A stretch of DNA of 64,000 nucleotides from Malacoraja senta (Eukaryota). Positions 1 through 13,050 of the stretch are shown piece by piece. The notes below the pieces were generated by a model. The model ran no database searches, was not told the origin of the DNA, and saw only the letters and a program-made list of their open reading frames with translations. A program made the translations under genes and the position numbers. The stretch is from positions 5,334,001 through 5,398,000 of the forward strand of contig CM075995.1 in the NCBI GenBank assembly GCA_038087875.1. The letters are read 5' to 3'. Each line of letters opens with the position of its first letter. Within the stretch, counting starts at the first letter, position 1.

Positions 1-615
1 TCCCTTTGCCCGTATTTCCAGAATCCCTTCCCTGATCCACCTGGTGGGTTTTAAATTAGACTGATGTTATTCGGTGTGTTTGAGCACATCTTTTTCTTTA
101 CGCATAGATTTAAAATAAAAACTGCTGGCGTGGGATTTAAATGCATGATTACTGCGAAGGGCCACCATTATGCCGTGTGACTTCAGTAGTTCCAAAATTA
201 TATTAATAACTCTTTCAAACGTATGCACATTTGGATGATTGGCACAAATTACCCCGAGAGAGAGAGAGAGTACTACCTACTTAAATCCTGTTCATTAACA
301 CAATTCTCTGTCAGGCTATAGGGTATAAAACTGTAGTGAGGAGAGGTAAAACTATTGCTCACTTCCCTGAGCAACTGCAGGCTTATTCCCAGAATGGTCC
401 ACAGCATATTCAAACACTTGCATCCATTTTAGTCTCTGATCTTAAGGGCTAATTACATGTTGGTTTTAATTGAGCACATTTTAGTCGGAGATTTTTATTT
501 TGTTCCACTGGGGGAGATGAAGAGAGATTGAGAAAAAGAGAAAAAAGAAAAAAGAACTTTGCATCTATCATGTTGTCCAAATGGCTCCAAATGCTTGGGA
601 AGAAATGAACTAATT

Positions 616-900
616 TTAGTTTTAGTTTAGAGCTACAGCACGGAAACAGGCCCTTCGGCCCACCGAGTCCGTACCCGAGCAGCGTTCCCCGCACATTAAC
701 GCTGCCCAACACACACACACACGGGACAATTTACATTTATACCAAGCCAATTAACGTAATGTTATGTCTTTGGGGTGTGGGAGGAAAAAGAAGATCTCAG
801 AGAAAACCCACTCAGGTCACGGGGAGAAGGTACAAACTCCGTACAGGCAGCACCCGTAATCAGGATTGAATCTGGCGCTGCAAAGCAGCAACTTACTGTC
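616..900 (-). mobile_element. V-SINE (HE1-like tRNA-derived SINE), head truncated by the hairpin at 904
   Basis: Minus strand shows the central domain (GGAGTTTGTACC-TTCTCCCCGTGACC...TCCTCCCACAC), a CR1-type tail (GGGCCGAAGGGCCTGTTTCC) and a (CTAAA)n end. Confidence 0.85.
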
Positions 901-903
901 ACT

Positions 904-1172
904 TTGCACCTATTGGTCTATTGTCTATTGTTGTGTGCCGAGTTGCTGAGTTGTCGAGGAGGCCCTGCAGTAGCCTGGGCTCACCTAGATCGGGAACGGC
1001 TCAAGTATATCGAGCACGTGAATGCCGCCAAGTTGCCATATATTTGGCGGCATTCACGTGCTCGATATACTTGAGCCGTTCCCGATCTAGGTGAGCCCCA
1101 GGCTACTGCAGGGCCTCCTCGACAACTCAGCCAACTCGGCACACAACAATAGACAATAGACAATAGGTGCAA
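904..1172. repeat. Near-perfect inverted repeat (~128-bp arms, 12-nt loop)
   Basis: 904-1031 is the reverse complement of 1044-1172 apart from three single-base homopolymer indels. Confidence 0.95.
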
Positions 1173-2345
1173 GAGTAGGACATTCGGCCCTTCGAGCCAG
1201 CACTGCCATTTAATGTGATCATGGCTGATCATCCACAATCAGTACCCCGTTCCTGCCTTCTCCCCATATCCCTTGACTCCGCTATCTTTAAGAGCCCTAT
1301 CTAGCTCTCTCTTGAAAGTATCCAGAGAACCGGCCTCCACCGCCCTCTGAGGCAGAGAATTCCAGACTCACAACACTCTGTGTGAAAAAGTGTTTGCTCA
1401 TCTCCATTCTAAATGGCTTACCCCTTATTCTTAAAGGCCTGTCTCACGAGTCTGCGGTCATTGGTGGCGAAATGGGAAGAATCTGACGCCATAGGCCGCG
1501 CACTCGTGAGAACGTACAATTCCGGGGCTGTGCGTCGGTGTTCCTAACACCGCACGGTGCTAAAATAAAACCGACAATGTCGAAAACTATATACTCACCG
1601 CACAACCTCCACCAGTGATGCACGAGTGCGGCACGGCCGCCCGCACGGGCCGCCGCCAGTGTGGCTCGAGCGCCGTGCGTCAAACCTCCACTGCCATAGC
1701 CTCCGCCAGTGAGGCACGTGCCTCCGCCAGTGAGGCACGTGTGCGGCACGGCCGCAGGCACAGCCACCGCTACAGCGCCGCGATCAGGATGGCCGCCGCC
1801 ACAGCCGCCGCTCGTGAGTCACGTGCGGCGGGCCGACGTCATCGCAGTTGGCCCGCCTATTTTTTTACTTACCGCAAGCACGTGGGACACGCCGTGTTTG
1901 AATTACTCGGCCCCCGCGCAGCATCCGTGCGGCGCTCCAGTGGCTAGGCTTGGCGCTCTCGCCGTTGCCGCGCGGTCCCCGCTACCGGCGACACCGCGCT
2001 TCACCGCCGATGACGGCAAACAGGTAAGACAGAGCCTTTAAACTGTGGTCGCTGGTTCTGGACTCCCCCAACATCGGGGACATGTTTCCTGCCTCTAACG
2101 TGTCCAAACCCTTAATAATCTTATACGTGTCAATAAGATCCTCTCTCATCCTTCTCAATTCCAGAGTATACAAGCCCAGCCGCTCCATTCTCTCAGCATA
2201 TGACAGTCCCGCCATCCCGGGAATTAAACTTGTGAACCTACGCTGCACTCCCTCAATAGATGGAATTTCCTTCCTCAAATTTGGGGACCAAAACTGCACA
2301 CAATACTCCAGGTGTGGTCTCACTAGGGCTCTGTACAACATCCTG
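1147..2345 (-). mobile_element. CR1 LINE 3' fragment, interrupted by a MITE
   Basis: ORF2 C-terminal peptide LYRALVRPHLEYCVQFWSP..., CR1 3' UTR and (CTATTGT)n tail; host sequence rejoins across 1435-2038. Confidence 0.9.
1435..2038. mobile_element. Non-autonomous TIR element, PIF/Harbinger-like MITE (CpG-rich)
   Basis: Imperfect TIRs AGGCCTGTCTCAC / GTAAGACAGAGCCT, inserted at TAA in a CR1 with TAA on both sides. Confidence 0.75.
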
Positions 2346-2623
2346 CCACTCCGATGAATCATGTCCCTTTGTTTTGCTGCCATTAATTGAGGGAAATCGA
2401 TTGGCTGGAAGGATTATTCTGTTCTTCATTAGCTCATTTATATTTGCCTTAATGAATGGGGCATTCCTGGGACATGTTCACAAGGTGTCATTCAAAAGAA
2501 CAGTGCTTCCAACAATGTCGCACTCCCGACATACTGCACTGAAATGATAGCTCAGATTTACTTCTCAATTTGAACTCCAATCAACTGAGCAAGTGAAGTT
2601 GCAGATAGTGTCATCATTATACT

Positions 2624-3475
2624 TTAGATTAGATTACATTAGATTAGATTTTATTTGTTGTCATTTGAACCCAGAGGTTCAAACGAAATTTGGTTTCTGC
2701 AGTCATACAAAACTAGAAGAAGAACCAAGACACAACACAATTTACACAAACATCCATCACAGCGAATTCCTCCTCACTGTGATGGAAGGCAAAGTCTTGT
2801 CTCTCCCCTGCACTCCCCATTCTCCTCCCGATGTCAAAGTCAAAGCCCCCGGCGGGCGATGGTAAATAAGTCCCGCGGCCATTAAAGCCGCGCCGGGTGA
2901 TGCAAGGCCGCGCTCCGGGTCTTGATGTTGGAGCCCCCGGCGGGCGCTAGCAAGTCCCGCGGCAATTTAAAGCAGCGTCGGGCGATGTAAGGCCCCGCTC
3001 CAGGTCATCTTCAACCCCGCAACTCGGGCGGGAGTAGCTGCCGTTGTGGAAGCTCCGAAAAGCGGTCTCCCACCAGGGACCCATGAGCTCCCGGTGTTAC
3101 CGTCCACCGGGCCGGCGGCTGGAGCCTCCGAATCTCCGGGGTCGGGCCGCAGCAGCGCGCCACCACAGCTCTCCACGCTCCGAACTTGGCCAGCTCCACG
3201 ATGGTGAGTAGTCCGCAGGCTCCGCGACTCGAGCCCCAGGTCATTCCGGCTGGAGGCCTCTCCACGGTGCTAGGCCCCAACGACAACGGAGACCCGACAG
3301 AGAAAGGTCGGGTCCTCTGTACAGGGAAAAGATTTTAAAAGTTTCCCCACCCACCCCCCACACATACCCAGTTTAAAAAAACACTATACACTACACACTA
3401 CACTCAAACGAGACAAAACAATTTAAAAAGACAGACGGACTGCAGAGGCCGCTGCGACGTGGGTCGCGCCGCCTA
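2624..3475 (-). repeat. Unclassified GC-rich retroposon-like repeat with short-unit tail
   Basis: (TTAGA)n tail at ~2624-2650, internal ~90-bp direct repeats at 2830-3010, no recognisable ORF; 6825-7345 has a similar layout on the opposite strand. Confidence 0.4.
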
Positions 3476-4260
3476 CAATATGGGACATCATTAACATTAA
3501 GGGGGACATTTTCTTAAGTGGTTACATGGCAAATGTAATGAAACATTTTGAAGATAGTCATTGTCAGGGTTGTCCTCAATCGCCTTGGTGGCACGGTGGC
3601 GCAGCGGTAGAGTTGCTGCTTACCGAGTGAACCAGTTTCAATCCTGACTACGAGTGCTGTCTGTAGTGAGTTTGTACGTTTAGTTTAGTTTAGTTTTAGT
3701 TAAGAGATACAGCGTGGAAACAGGTCCTTCGCCACTGAGTCCGCGCCGACCAGCGATCATCCCATACACTTGGACTATCCTAAGCACTAGGGATAATTTA
3801 CAATTTACCGAAGCCAATTAAACAACAAACCTGAACGTCTTTGGAACATGGGAGGAAACCGAGCTCCCGGAGAACACCCACACGGTCACGGAGAGAGTGT
3901 ACGAACTCTACACAGTTAGCACCCATAGGCAGCGTCGAACCTGGATCTCTGGCGCTGTCAAGGGCTTGTCCCACTTAGGTGACTTTGATCGCCACATGGT
4001 CGCCACATGTTCGCTGGTGGTCTCCGGTGAGTCTCCTTCATGGTCGCGAGGAGTTCCCGCATTCTGGGAACTAGTCGCGGCCTCAGTATGGTCGCATCAA
4101 CATGTTGACAAATTTTCTGTGACCAAAAATTGGTCGCCATGGAGAAAATCGATAATCCTGTAGTCGTAGGTGCAGTTGTAGTGGGGTCACGATGTAGTTA
4201 TGGGTAGTCGAGGTAGTCGTAGGTAGTTTTAGTTAATCTCCTTTGCTGACCGGGCATTTT

Positions 4261-4907
4261 CAATAGACAATAGACAATAGGTGCAGGAGTAGGCCATTCG
4301 GCCCTTCGAGCCATTCAATGTGATCATGGCTGATCATCCCCAATCAGTACCCCGTTCCTGCCTTCTCCCCATATCCCCTGACTCCGCTATTTTTAAGAAC
4401 CCTATCTAGCTCTCTCTTGAAAGAATCCAGAGAACCCGCCTCCACCGCCCTCTGAGGCAGAGAATTCCACAGACTCACCACTCTCTGTGAGAAAAAGTGT
4501 TTCCTCGTCTCTGTTATAAATGGCTTACTCCTTATTCTTAAACTATGGCCCCTGGTTCTGGACTCCCCCAACATCCGAAACATGTTTCCTGCCTCTAGCG
4601 TGTCCAAACCCTTAACAATCTTATATGTTTCAATGAGATCCCCTCTCATCCTTCTAAACACCAGAGTGTACAAGCCCAGCTGCTCCATTCTCTCAGCATA
4701 TGACAATCCCGCCACCCCGGGAATTAACCTGGTAAACCTACGCTGCACTCCCTCAATAGCAAGAATGTCCTTCCTCAAATTAGAGGACCAAAACTGTACA
4801 TAATACTCCAGGTGTGGTCTCACTAGGGCTCTGTACAACTGCAGAAGGACCTCTTTGCCCCTATATTCAATTCATCTTGTTATAAAGGCCAACATGCCAT
4901 TCGCTTT
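4261..4907 (-). mobile_element. CR1 LINE 3' fragment
   Basis: ORF 4344-4838 is the CR1 ORF2 C-terminus ending GYGEKAGTGY*; (CTATTGT)n tail. Confidence 0.95.
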
Positions 4908-5218
4908 TCATTGGCTCATTGGGGGAAAAAAGCGTAAGCACGAGTTTTCAGAACCAAGGATAACCAAATGCCCGCCGAACTTCACAGCTGTGTATCTCTG
5001 CCTTATTAAAAGTTGTCTGGCTTCTTAAAAGTGTCTCCACTACTTCTCCCCCCCCTTCTCCCCTCCCCCCCTCCCCCCTCTTTTAAAGGACTTGCAGTAC
5101 ACTGTGCTAGCTGCCTTAACCTTCCTGTTCATCGCGGTGTGTGTCTGTATCACCTTGGCTTTGCACAGTGTGAATTTCAGACAGCGCTCCCCCTCTTTCC
5201 CTGGCCCCCGCCTTGGCG

Positions 5219-5360
<142 letters not shown>

Positions 5361-5744
5361 CACTCTGACAGTTGACGTTCCAGTTTTTCAGGCAAGTGCC
5401 GCGAACTTGACAGTCTCCGGCAGTTCGCTGAAAAAAACGCCTAAGTGGGACAGGCCCTTAAGACAGCGACTCTACCACTGCGCCACTATGCCTGATGCAC
5501 TATGCAGCGACTCTACCACTGCGCCCGATGTTCTGCCCGTGACCAAGTGGGGTTTCCCCCAGGTGCTCCGGTTTCCTCCCACACTCCAAAGACGTAGAGG
5601 ATTGTGGATCAGTTTGCTTTGGTAAAATTATACATTTGTCCCTGGTTTGTGGGATAGTGCTAGTGTGCGGGGTGATAGCTGGTCGGCGTGGACTTGGTGG
5701 GCCGAAGGGCCTGATTCCGCGCTGTGTCTCCAAACTAAGCTAGA

Positions 5745-6825
5745 GCCTGCTCCCAGTGATGGAAGTGTGTAGGAATGAACTGCAGATGCTGGTTTAAACC
5801 GAAGATGGACCCAAAGACCTGGAGTCACTCAGCGGGACAGGCAGCATCTCTGGATAGAGTGAATGGGTGACGTTACGGGTCGAGACCCTTCTTCAGACAT
5901 GAAGTGTTGCTCTCAGACTTGCAAGTGATTGAAGAGTTCCTCGCAGGCTTGCAGTGACAAGTTTGTCATAGTGCGTTGATGATATAATTGATCCCAGCGC
6001 TTCACTAATGTGAATTCATTGTTGAGAGTATCTCCAGCCATGCAATGTGTCACGGGGGGGGGCATCAGATCATTTTGATTACTGGGCTCTATTCTTTACA
6101 CAATGCCAATGAAGTATTTGGCAGCCTACAATTTTCTTCAGTGACATCTGGAGAAACAATGAGCACAATCTTCACCGTGTGTTAAATCTGTGATACATGC
6201 AGAGTACATGACCTTTTCCTAATCTGAAGGTTTTGCATTAAACTGTGGGCGAAAGTGGTTACCAAGAACAGGTCCTCTTAAGAGGAGAGTGTGGCCGCGA
6301 AGTCGCTGCATTAGATTTCTGAGCCTTTTCTGCAGGTCAGCCATTTTGTACAATTTTTGGTTGTTCGGTTTGTCGCAGCAGCTAATAAACGTCTATCTAT
6401 CTCCGCCTTTAAAATATCCACTGACGGCCTCTATAGTCTTCCGTGGCAATGAATTTCACAGATTCACCATTCACTGACTAAAGACATTTTTCCTCATCTC
6501 CTTCCTAAAAGAACGTCCTTTAATTCTGAGACTATGGCCTCTAGTCCTAGGCTCTCCCACTAGTGGAAACATCCTTTTTGGTCAGCCATTTTGAACAATG
6601 TTGGACATTAGTTTTGTTGCAGCAGTTAATTCAATGCCTCATTTTTGCCTCCTGAAACTAGGTAACATGATTTTGTTGATGGACCAGGAAGGTTTATGAG
6701 GCAAGTGGCCATACTAGGCTGATACCACAATGCAACGCTGAGTATTGCCTCTCCATGTCTCCAGGGTCATCCTTCCCAGGCCAGGATCAATTCAATCTTT
6801 AACATCTACCTCAGATACCACCGCC
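5745..6825. repeat. Left arm of a ~1-kb diverged inverted duplication (partner 14535-15890)
   Basis: Colinear reverse-complement match, e.g. 5901 GAAGTGTTGCTCTCAGACTTGCAAG vs ~15823-15847 and 6700-6820 vs 14540-14678. Confidence 0.9.
5769..5900 (-). mobile_element. Penelope-like element 3' end (single arm)
   Basis: Related to the 3' end attached to the GIY-YIG ORF at 62092-63183; flanked by direct repeat GAAGTGT (5762-5768, 5901-5907). Confidence 0.75.
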
Positions 6826-7349
6826 TCGCCAGCAGTCTGTCTTGTCCCTTCTCTGTTTTTATTATTTTAATTATGCCTTGAATGTTGTTTTAATGTCTCT
6901 TGGTATGTTTTAGGTGGAGGGTACGGGGGGGGGGGGGGAGGAACGGGGAAACCTTTTTCAGTCACTTACCTCGACGGAGATGCGATTTTTCCCCATGTCG
7001 TATCTCCGACCCCCTTTGCGGCTTACAACGTGGAGTGGTGCGGCCTTTCCTGGAGACCGGCCCGGAGCTTCGAGCCGCGGCTGCGGCGCAGACTTACCAT
7101 CGTGGAGCCTGGGATCTTTTGCCGAAGATCGCCAGTGTTGGAGCTCCGACCGCGGGGTCTGTGGACTTTAACACCGTGAAGCAGCGGTCTCCGGTGAGAA
7201 GCGGCCGAACTCGAGGGCTCCATGTTTTGTTCCACAAAACGAACACATTTTGTGGAGTTTTGTTCCGATCCGTCCCAACGCCGGAGTTTCGTTTATCCCG
7301 ACGAGAGGCCTTGAACAGCGGACCGTCGGCAACGGCCCCGTTCAAAGTT

Positions 7350-7905
7350 CACCAGCGATCACCCCGCATACCAGCGCTATCCCACAAACCCAGGGACAAA
7401 TGTATAATTTTACCAAAGCCATTTGATTCACAATCCTCTACGTCTTTGGAGTGTGGGAGCAAACTGGAGCACCAGGGCAAAAACCCACGCAGTCACGGGC
7501 AGAACATTGGGCGACATAGTGGCGCAGTGGTAGAGTCGCTGTCTTAAGGGCCTGTCCCACTTAGGCGTTTTTTCAGCGGACTGCCGGGGACTGTCAAGTT
7601 CACGGCACTCGCCTGAAAAATCGGAACTGGAACGGCAACTGTCAGAGTGAAACACAACACACACACACAAACACATCGCAAAGGCGGGGGCCAGGGAAAG
7701 CGGGGGAGCTCTGTCTGAAATTCACACGGTGCAAAGCCAAGGTGATACAGACACACCGCGATGAACAAGAAGATTAAGACGGCTAGCCCAGTGTTGGTAA
7801 GTCCTTTAAAAGAGATGGGAGGGGGGGGGGGGAGAAGGGGGGGGGAGAAGGAGTGGAGACACTTTAAAGAAGCCAGACAACTTTTAATAAGCCAGAGATA
7901 CATCC
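7350..7905. repeat. Inverted duplicate of the SINE/Harbinger junction region ~4985-5685
   Basis: The same composite junction (GTCGCTGTCTTA-AGGGCCTGTCCCACTTAGGCG) and the same SINE-in-SINE join occur in reverse orientation. Confidence 0.85.
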
Positions 7906-8974
7906 GCACCCGCCTCTGATCCTGTCTGGTGGTGTATTCCACTGTCCTATCTTGGTGATGTCACTGGAGAAGCCTAGAGACTGCCAAATACTTCATTAGC
8001 GTTTTGCATCAAATGAGACACAGCAAACACAATGGTCTGAAGCCCCGTGGCACTTTGCATGGCTGAGATCCTCTTGACAATGATTTAACATTAGTCAAGG
8101 ACTGGAATGGATTAAATAATCACGGCACATTTGGTGAGGCATCTTTACCACGACTGCATAATGAAGAGGAGGTTCATTCGCAATGAATGCTAAAAGGGTG
8201 ACAAGCATAAATTAAGCTGAACACTTAATTGGGCAAGTCAGGTCATTTAATTTTTGATTGAATAAGGGGAATACTCATTTTAAGGGATAGAAAATAGGAA
8301 GCATTCGGAGCAACAATGGAATCCTTCATTGTTGTTTTCTCTGAAATCCATCAAGAAGGCTATCAGCTAAGCTCTGTCCACTTTAATAGACTTGAATCTT
8401 GAGGCAATGTTTGCTCATCCAGTTAATGCAGCAGTAAAGGTACCCTTGGGCCTTATAATAAGCTCATTCTGTCTGGAAGTGATTCCACGGTTAATGAAAT
8501 ATCTTTGCACGTGTCCACCTCTTTTTACTTTTGCTTTATCTGCACTGGATTATGTCAATTTAGCTCTAAAAACTGTGTACATAATCAGGCCTGCACTGAT
8601 GCCAAATGATTTACCAACGTAAGGCAATGTAAAAGTACCAGGAGGCACGTTTCCACAGTGTCTCTGCTTCAGAAATTAAAAAGTGCATTAAACAGTTAGT
8701 TCATGATGAAACTAATAAACAGCTCAGACTTCATAATTCAGAGATACAGCGAGGAAACGGGCCCTATGGCCCACCAAGTTCACGCGGACCAGCAATCACC
8801 CTGTACAGCAACACTATCCTACACATTAAGTGCAATTTACAATTTATAGAAGCCATTTAATCTAGTTAGTCACGGGGCAGTCGACGCTGAAGCAGCCTTA
8901 CAGCGAATGCAGCGCCGGAGACCCGGGTTCGATCCCGATTACGGGCGCTGTCTGTACGGAGTTTGTACATTCTC

Positions 8975-11220
8975 CAGGGCTGCCAACTCTCACGCTTTGA
9001 GCGTGAGATCACGCCCTCAGGAAAACTCTCACGCCCCTCACGCTGATCACAAATGTCTCACGCTCTGTGGTGAGAAATTCTGTGATCAACGAAAATCTCA
9101 AAACTCGGATAAACTGCATTGTCCGCGGGTGTTGGAGAGCCGGGGCTGACGGAGGGATGAGAGCAGCGGGCGGATACAGATGCGAGGAGTCGGGGCTGGC
9201 GAGTGTTTGCGGGTCTGGCGAGTCGCTCGCTGCAGCTCCGGCCATGGAGCAGCCCCAGTGCGAGAGTCCCGGGCCGTCGGAGGCGTCGGAAGCGTTGCGC
9301 CGCTGCCGCGACAGTCTCTGTGCCGAGGGGACAGACTCTCAAAGGGAGGTGGAGAGTGAGAGAGGGAAGGAGACAGGAGACAGGGGGGAGAGAGGGGGTG
9401 AGAGGAGAGAGAGGGGACAGACAGAGGGAGGTGAATGGAGAGAGAGAGAAGAGGGAGAGAGGGGAGAGGAGAGAGAGAGAGGGGGAGAGGGGGGAAGAGT
9501 GAGGTGGGAGGGAGAGAGGGGAAGAGAGAGAGAGGGGGAGAGAGAGGGGAGGGAGAGGGAGATGGGGAGGGGGAGGGAGAGAGGGAGAGAGAAGGGAAGA
9601 GAGGAGAGAGGGAGAGAGGGGGAGAGAGAAGAGAGAGGGAAGATGGAGAGAGGAGAGGGGGAGACAGGGAGAGAGGGGGGTTAGAGGAGAAACAGAGGAG
9701 AGGGAGAGAGAGAGGGGAAAGAGAGGGGAGGGGACAGAGGGGAGAGAGAGAGGGGGTTGAGAAGAGAGAGAGCGGAAGAGAGGGGAGAAAGAGAGGGATG
9801 AGAGTGAGGTGGGAGGGAGAAAGGAGGGGAGAAAGAGAGAGGGGAGAGGGAGGAAGAGAGGTGGGAGAGAAAGAGGAAAGAGAGAGGAGAGGGGGAGAGA
9901 GAGAGGGGGTGAGAGAGAGGGAGAGGAGAGGGGGAGGAAGAGAGGAGGGGAGAGGGGGATAGAGAGGCAGGGCTGCCAACTCCCATGCAGAGTGTGGAGA
10001 ATCACGCATTTCGCCAAATTCTCCCGCTGACCACCACAATTTCTCTCGCTCTGTTGTGAGAAATTTTGTGATCAACGAAATTTCAATACTCATTCAACTG
10101 CATGGGCCATGGGTGTTGGAAGCAGAAGCAGCGACGGGGACAGATGCGGATGGGGAGCGGGGCTGGCGAGTGTTTACCGGGCTGGCGGGCAGTCACTGCA
10201 GCTCCGGCCATGGAGCAGCCTCAGTGCAAGGCGTCAGAAGCGTTGCGCCACTGCCGTGAGAGTCTCTGTGCCAAATTTGCCCAGGTGACCAGCATGGATC
10301 TGGCTGCGGCTCGGTGCATCCAGGAGGACAACCAGTGGCTGCTGGAAGTAAGTACCAAGCACTGGGTAGAAACGGTGGAAGATAGTGGACTTCAAATGGG
10401 GTGGTTGGAGAAAGCATCCTGCTAGATTTTCACTTACTGTAACTGCAGGAAAATGTTCCCGATGTTGGGGGAGTTCAGAACCAGGGGTCACAGTTTAAGA
10501 ATATAGGGGGGGGGGGGCAGTTAGGACTGAGATGAGGACATACTTTCTTCACACAGAGAGTTGTGAATCTGAGGAATTCTCTGCAACAGAAAGCAGTGCA
10601 GGCCAATTCACTGGATGTTTTCAAGAGAGAGTTACATTTAGTTCTTGGGGCTAACGACATCAAGGGATATGGGGAAAAAACAGGAAAGAGGTACAGATTT
10701 TAGATGAATAGCCATGATCATATTGAATGGCAGTGCTGGCTCGAAGGGCCGATGGCCTATTCCTGCACCTATTTTCTATGTTTCTATGCTTGAGTATATG
10801 GCAATAAAACTCGATCACTTCATTTTGAAGCATTCATGCATGGTGGAGGTATAATGTAGTCATAGAGTGATACAATGTGAAAACAGGCTCTTCGGCACAA
10901 CTTGCCCACACCCGCCAACATGTCCCAGCTACCCTACCTGCTGGGGGGAATTCCCTACCATACTGTGGAATGTAATTAGGAATGTAATTTACTCAACCTT
11001 ATTCATAGCTAATCCAATTTAAAGCATATATATTGCATTCAAGTGTAGGTTAAAAGACTCGCTACATTATGCACCATATTGCACAATTTCAAGCTGAAAA
11101 ATGCAAAAGATCCATACTAATGGGAGGGGAGACACCCCCCCCCCCCGGTCGTTATGCTCCCTCGGGCTTGGTCTCACGCAATTTCTCACTCCCAACTCTC
11201 ACCCAATGTTGGCAGCCCTG
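8975..11220. mobile_element. Non-autonomous DNA transposon (hAT-like termini) with 6-bp TSD
   Basis: Perfect 13-bp TIR CAGGGCTGCCAAC; TSD ATTCTC (8969-8974, 11221-11226); second left end at 9968; CR1 fragment at ~10420-10790 inside. Confidence 0.85.
9340..9967. repeat. Polypurine (GA-rich) low-complexity tract
   Basis: ~630 nt almost entirely G/A on the + strand. Confidence 0.97.
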
Positions 11221-12840
11221 ATTCTCCCCATGACCTGCGTGGGTTTTCTCCGAGATGTTCAGTTTCTCCCACATTCCAAAGACGTACAGGTTTGTAGATT
11301 AATTGGCTTGTTATAAATGTAAAATTGTCCCTAGTGGGTGTTAATGTGCGGGGATCGCTGGTCGTCGCAGACCCGGTGGGCCGAAGGGCCTGTTTCCGTG
11401 CTGTATCTCTAAACTAAACTAAACTAAACTAAACTACAAACCTGTACGTAATTGGCGTGCGGGAGGAAACCGGAGGACACGGAGCAAACTCACGCGGTCA
11501 CGGGATAAAATGTACAAACTCTGTACAGACCAGCACCCATAGTCAGGATCGAACCCGGGTCTCTGGCATTGTAAGGCAGCAACTCTACCGCTGCGCCAGC
11601 AAGCTGCCCTCAGAACCATCACAGAGAAATCAGTAGCCTTGAACCCTGAATCGGTTTTAACATAGAAGGTAGAATAACGAACAATAAAGCTCAAGAAGGT
11701 CCTTCGGCCCACAATGTCTGTGCCGAACATGATGCCAAGACCATCGCCTGTCTGCCGTGACATAACCCATATCCTTCTTTTCCCTACATATCCATATGCC
11801 TATCCAAAAGTCTTTTAAATGCCATTAACGTTTCTGCTTCAACCACCACCCTGGCCACTCACCACCCACTGTATAAAAAACCTGCCCCACAACTAGTTAC
11901 CTAAAGGTGTTTGCTTGTGATCTATACCCTCCTGCATTCCCTGCATATCCACATGCCTATAAACATTGATCTTGTAGGTAGTATATATATCTTACTATTG
12001 AATGAAAAGCAATTGGAAGAGTGACTGGCCCAGTGTATCAGTACCAGTCTTTAACATGTAACAGCTCCATTCCCTGCTCACTCGTTTTTCTTTCTAATTT
12101 TCATCTTTTCATATTCCCAGGTTTTTTTTTAAGTGTGAAAACAGTTTCCAGTACTGTTTGGTGCAAGGAGGTCTTCCATTCTTTCTTTCTCTGCCGCCTT
12201 TCCCTCTGATTACAAATGAACTATCCTCTTGGAAACTCCTATCAATCTGCTTTGCCTGCTTTGGTAGGGTTTCAGTTTACATAATGCAATAAACCTTCAC
12301 AAGCATCAGTTCTGTGTATAGGGCGAATGCACAATCTTTTACCCGGGATACGAAAATCAAGAACCGGAGGATATGGGATTAAGGTGAGAGAGGAAAGTTT
12401 TAATAGGAACTTGAGGGGCACCCTTATCACACAGAGGTTGGTGGGTATATGGAACGAGCTGCCAGAGGAACTATTTGAGGCAGGTATTATAACAACATTT
12501 AAAAGATATTTGGACAGGTACACAGATAGGAAAGATTTAGAGTGATACTAGACTAAGTGGGACCCGTTGGGTCCCATGTTCACACAGGAAGGCTGGTCCC
12601 CCAATGCAATATTCCACCTCTCCACCAATTCCAATATTGGTGGCCAGTGGGGGGGGGGGCTATCTGGAGCGCTAGTATGGGTATTGTGGGCTGAAGGGAC
12701 TGGTTTCCAGAGGGCTAGTATGGTCATTGTGGGCTAAATGGATTCTTGAGGTGACAGCTCAGTCACTCAAGCCTGATGTGCTGGCAGCTCACTCACGGCT
12801 GGTGGGCGAGCAGTTGACTCATGGCTATTCCTTGAAATTC

Positions 12841-13050
12841 CATTTCAAGCAGGGTGCAAGACCACCAAATTCAAATGCAGTTTCCTACCATTTCAAGCAG
12901 GGTGCAAGGCCACCAAATTCAAGTGCAGTTTCTTACCACTTTAAGCAGGGTGCAAGGCCACCAAATTCAAGTGCAGTTTAATACCATTTCAAGCAGGGTG
13001 CAAGGCCACCACATTCAAATGCAGTTTCATACCATTTGAAGCAGGGTGAA
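12841..13050. repeat. 48-bp minisatellite, ~4.4 copies, inside Helitron
   Basis: Unit CATTTCAAGCAGGGTGCAAGGCCACCAAATTCAAGTGCAGTTT..., starts at 12841, 12889, 12937, 12985, 13033. Confidence 0.95.

Larger units (their letters stand above)
8870..11433 (+). mobile_element. V-SINE interrupted by the TIR element at 8975-11220
   Basis: Box B GGTTCGATCCC at ~8926; central domain rejoins across the insertion; (CTAAA)n tail at 11409-11435. Confidence 0.85.

Noticed and set aside
281..407. Minus-strand 42-codon frame MLWTILGISLQLL... ending at a GTAGGT donor, possible first exon of a downstream gene
   Set aside because: No recognisable homology, only weak signal-peptide character and no partner exon in the window
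1444..2041. GC-rich ORFs and CpG-island appearance
   Set aside because: Lies wholly within a TIR-bounded MITE; no transposase motifs and no linked gene
9058..10093. Long ORFs of 175-331 aa
   Set aside because: Artefacts of the GA-rich low-complexity tract
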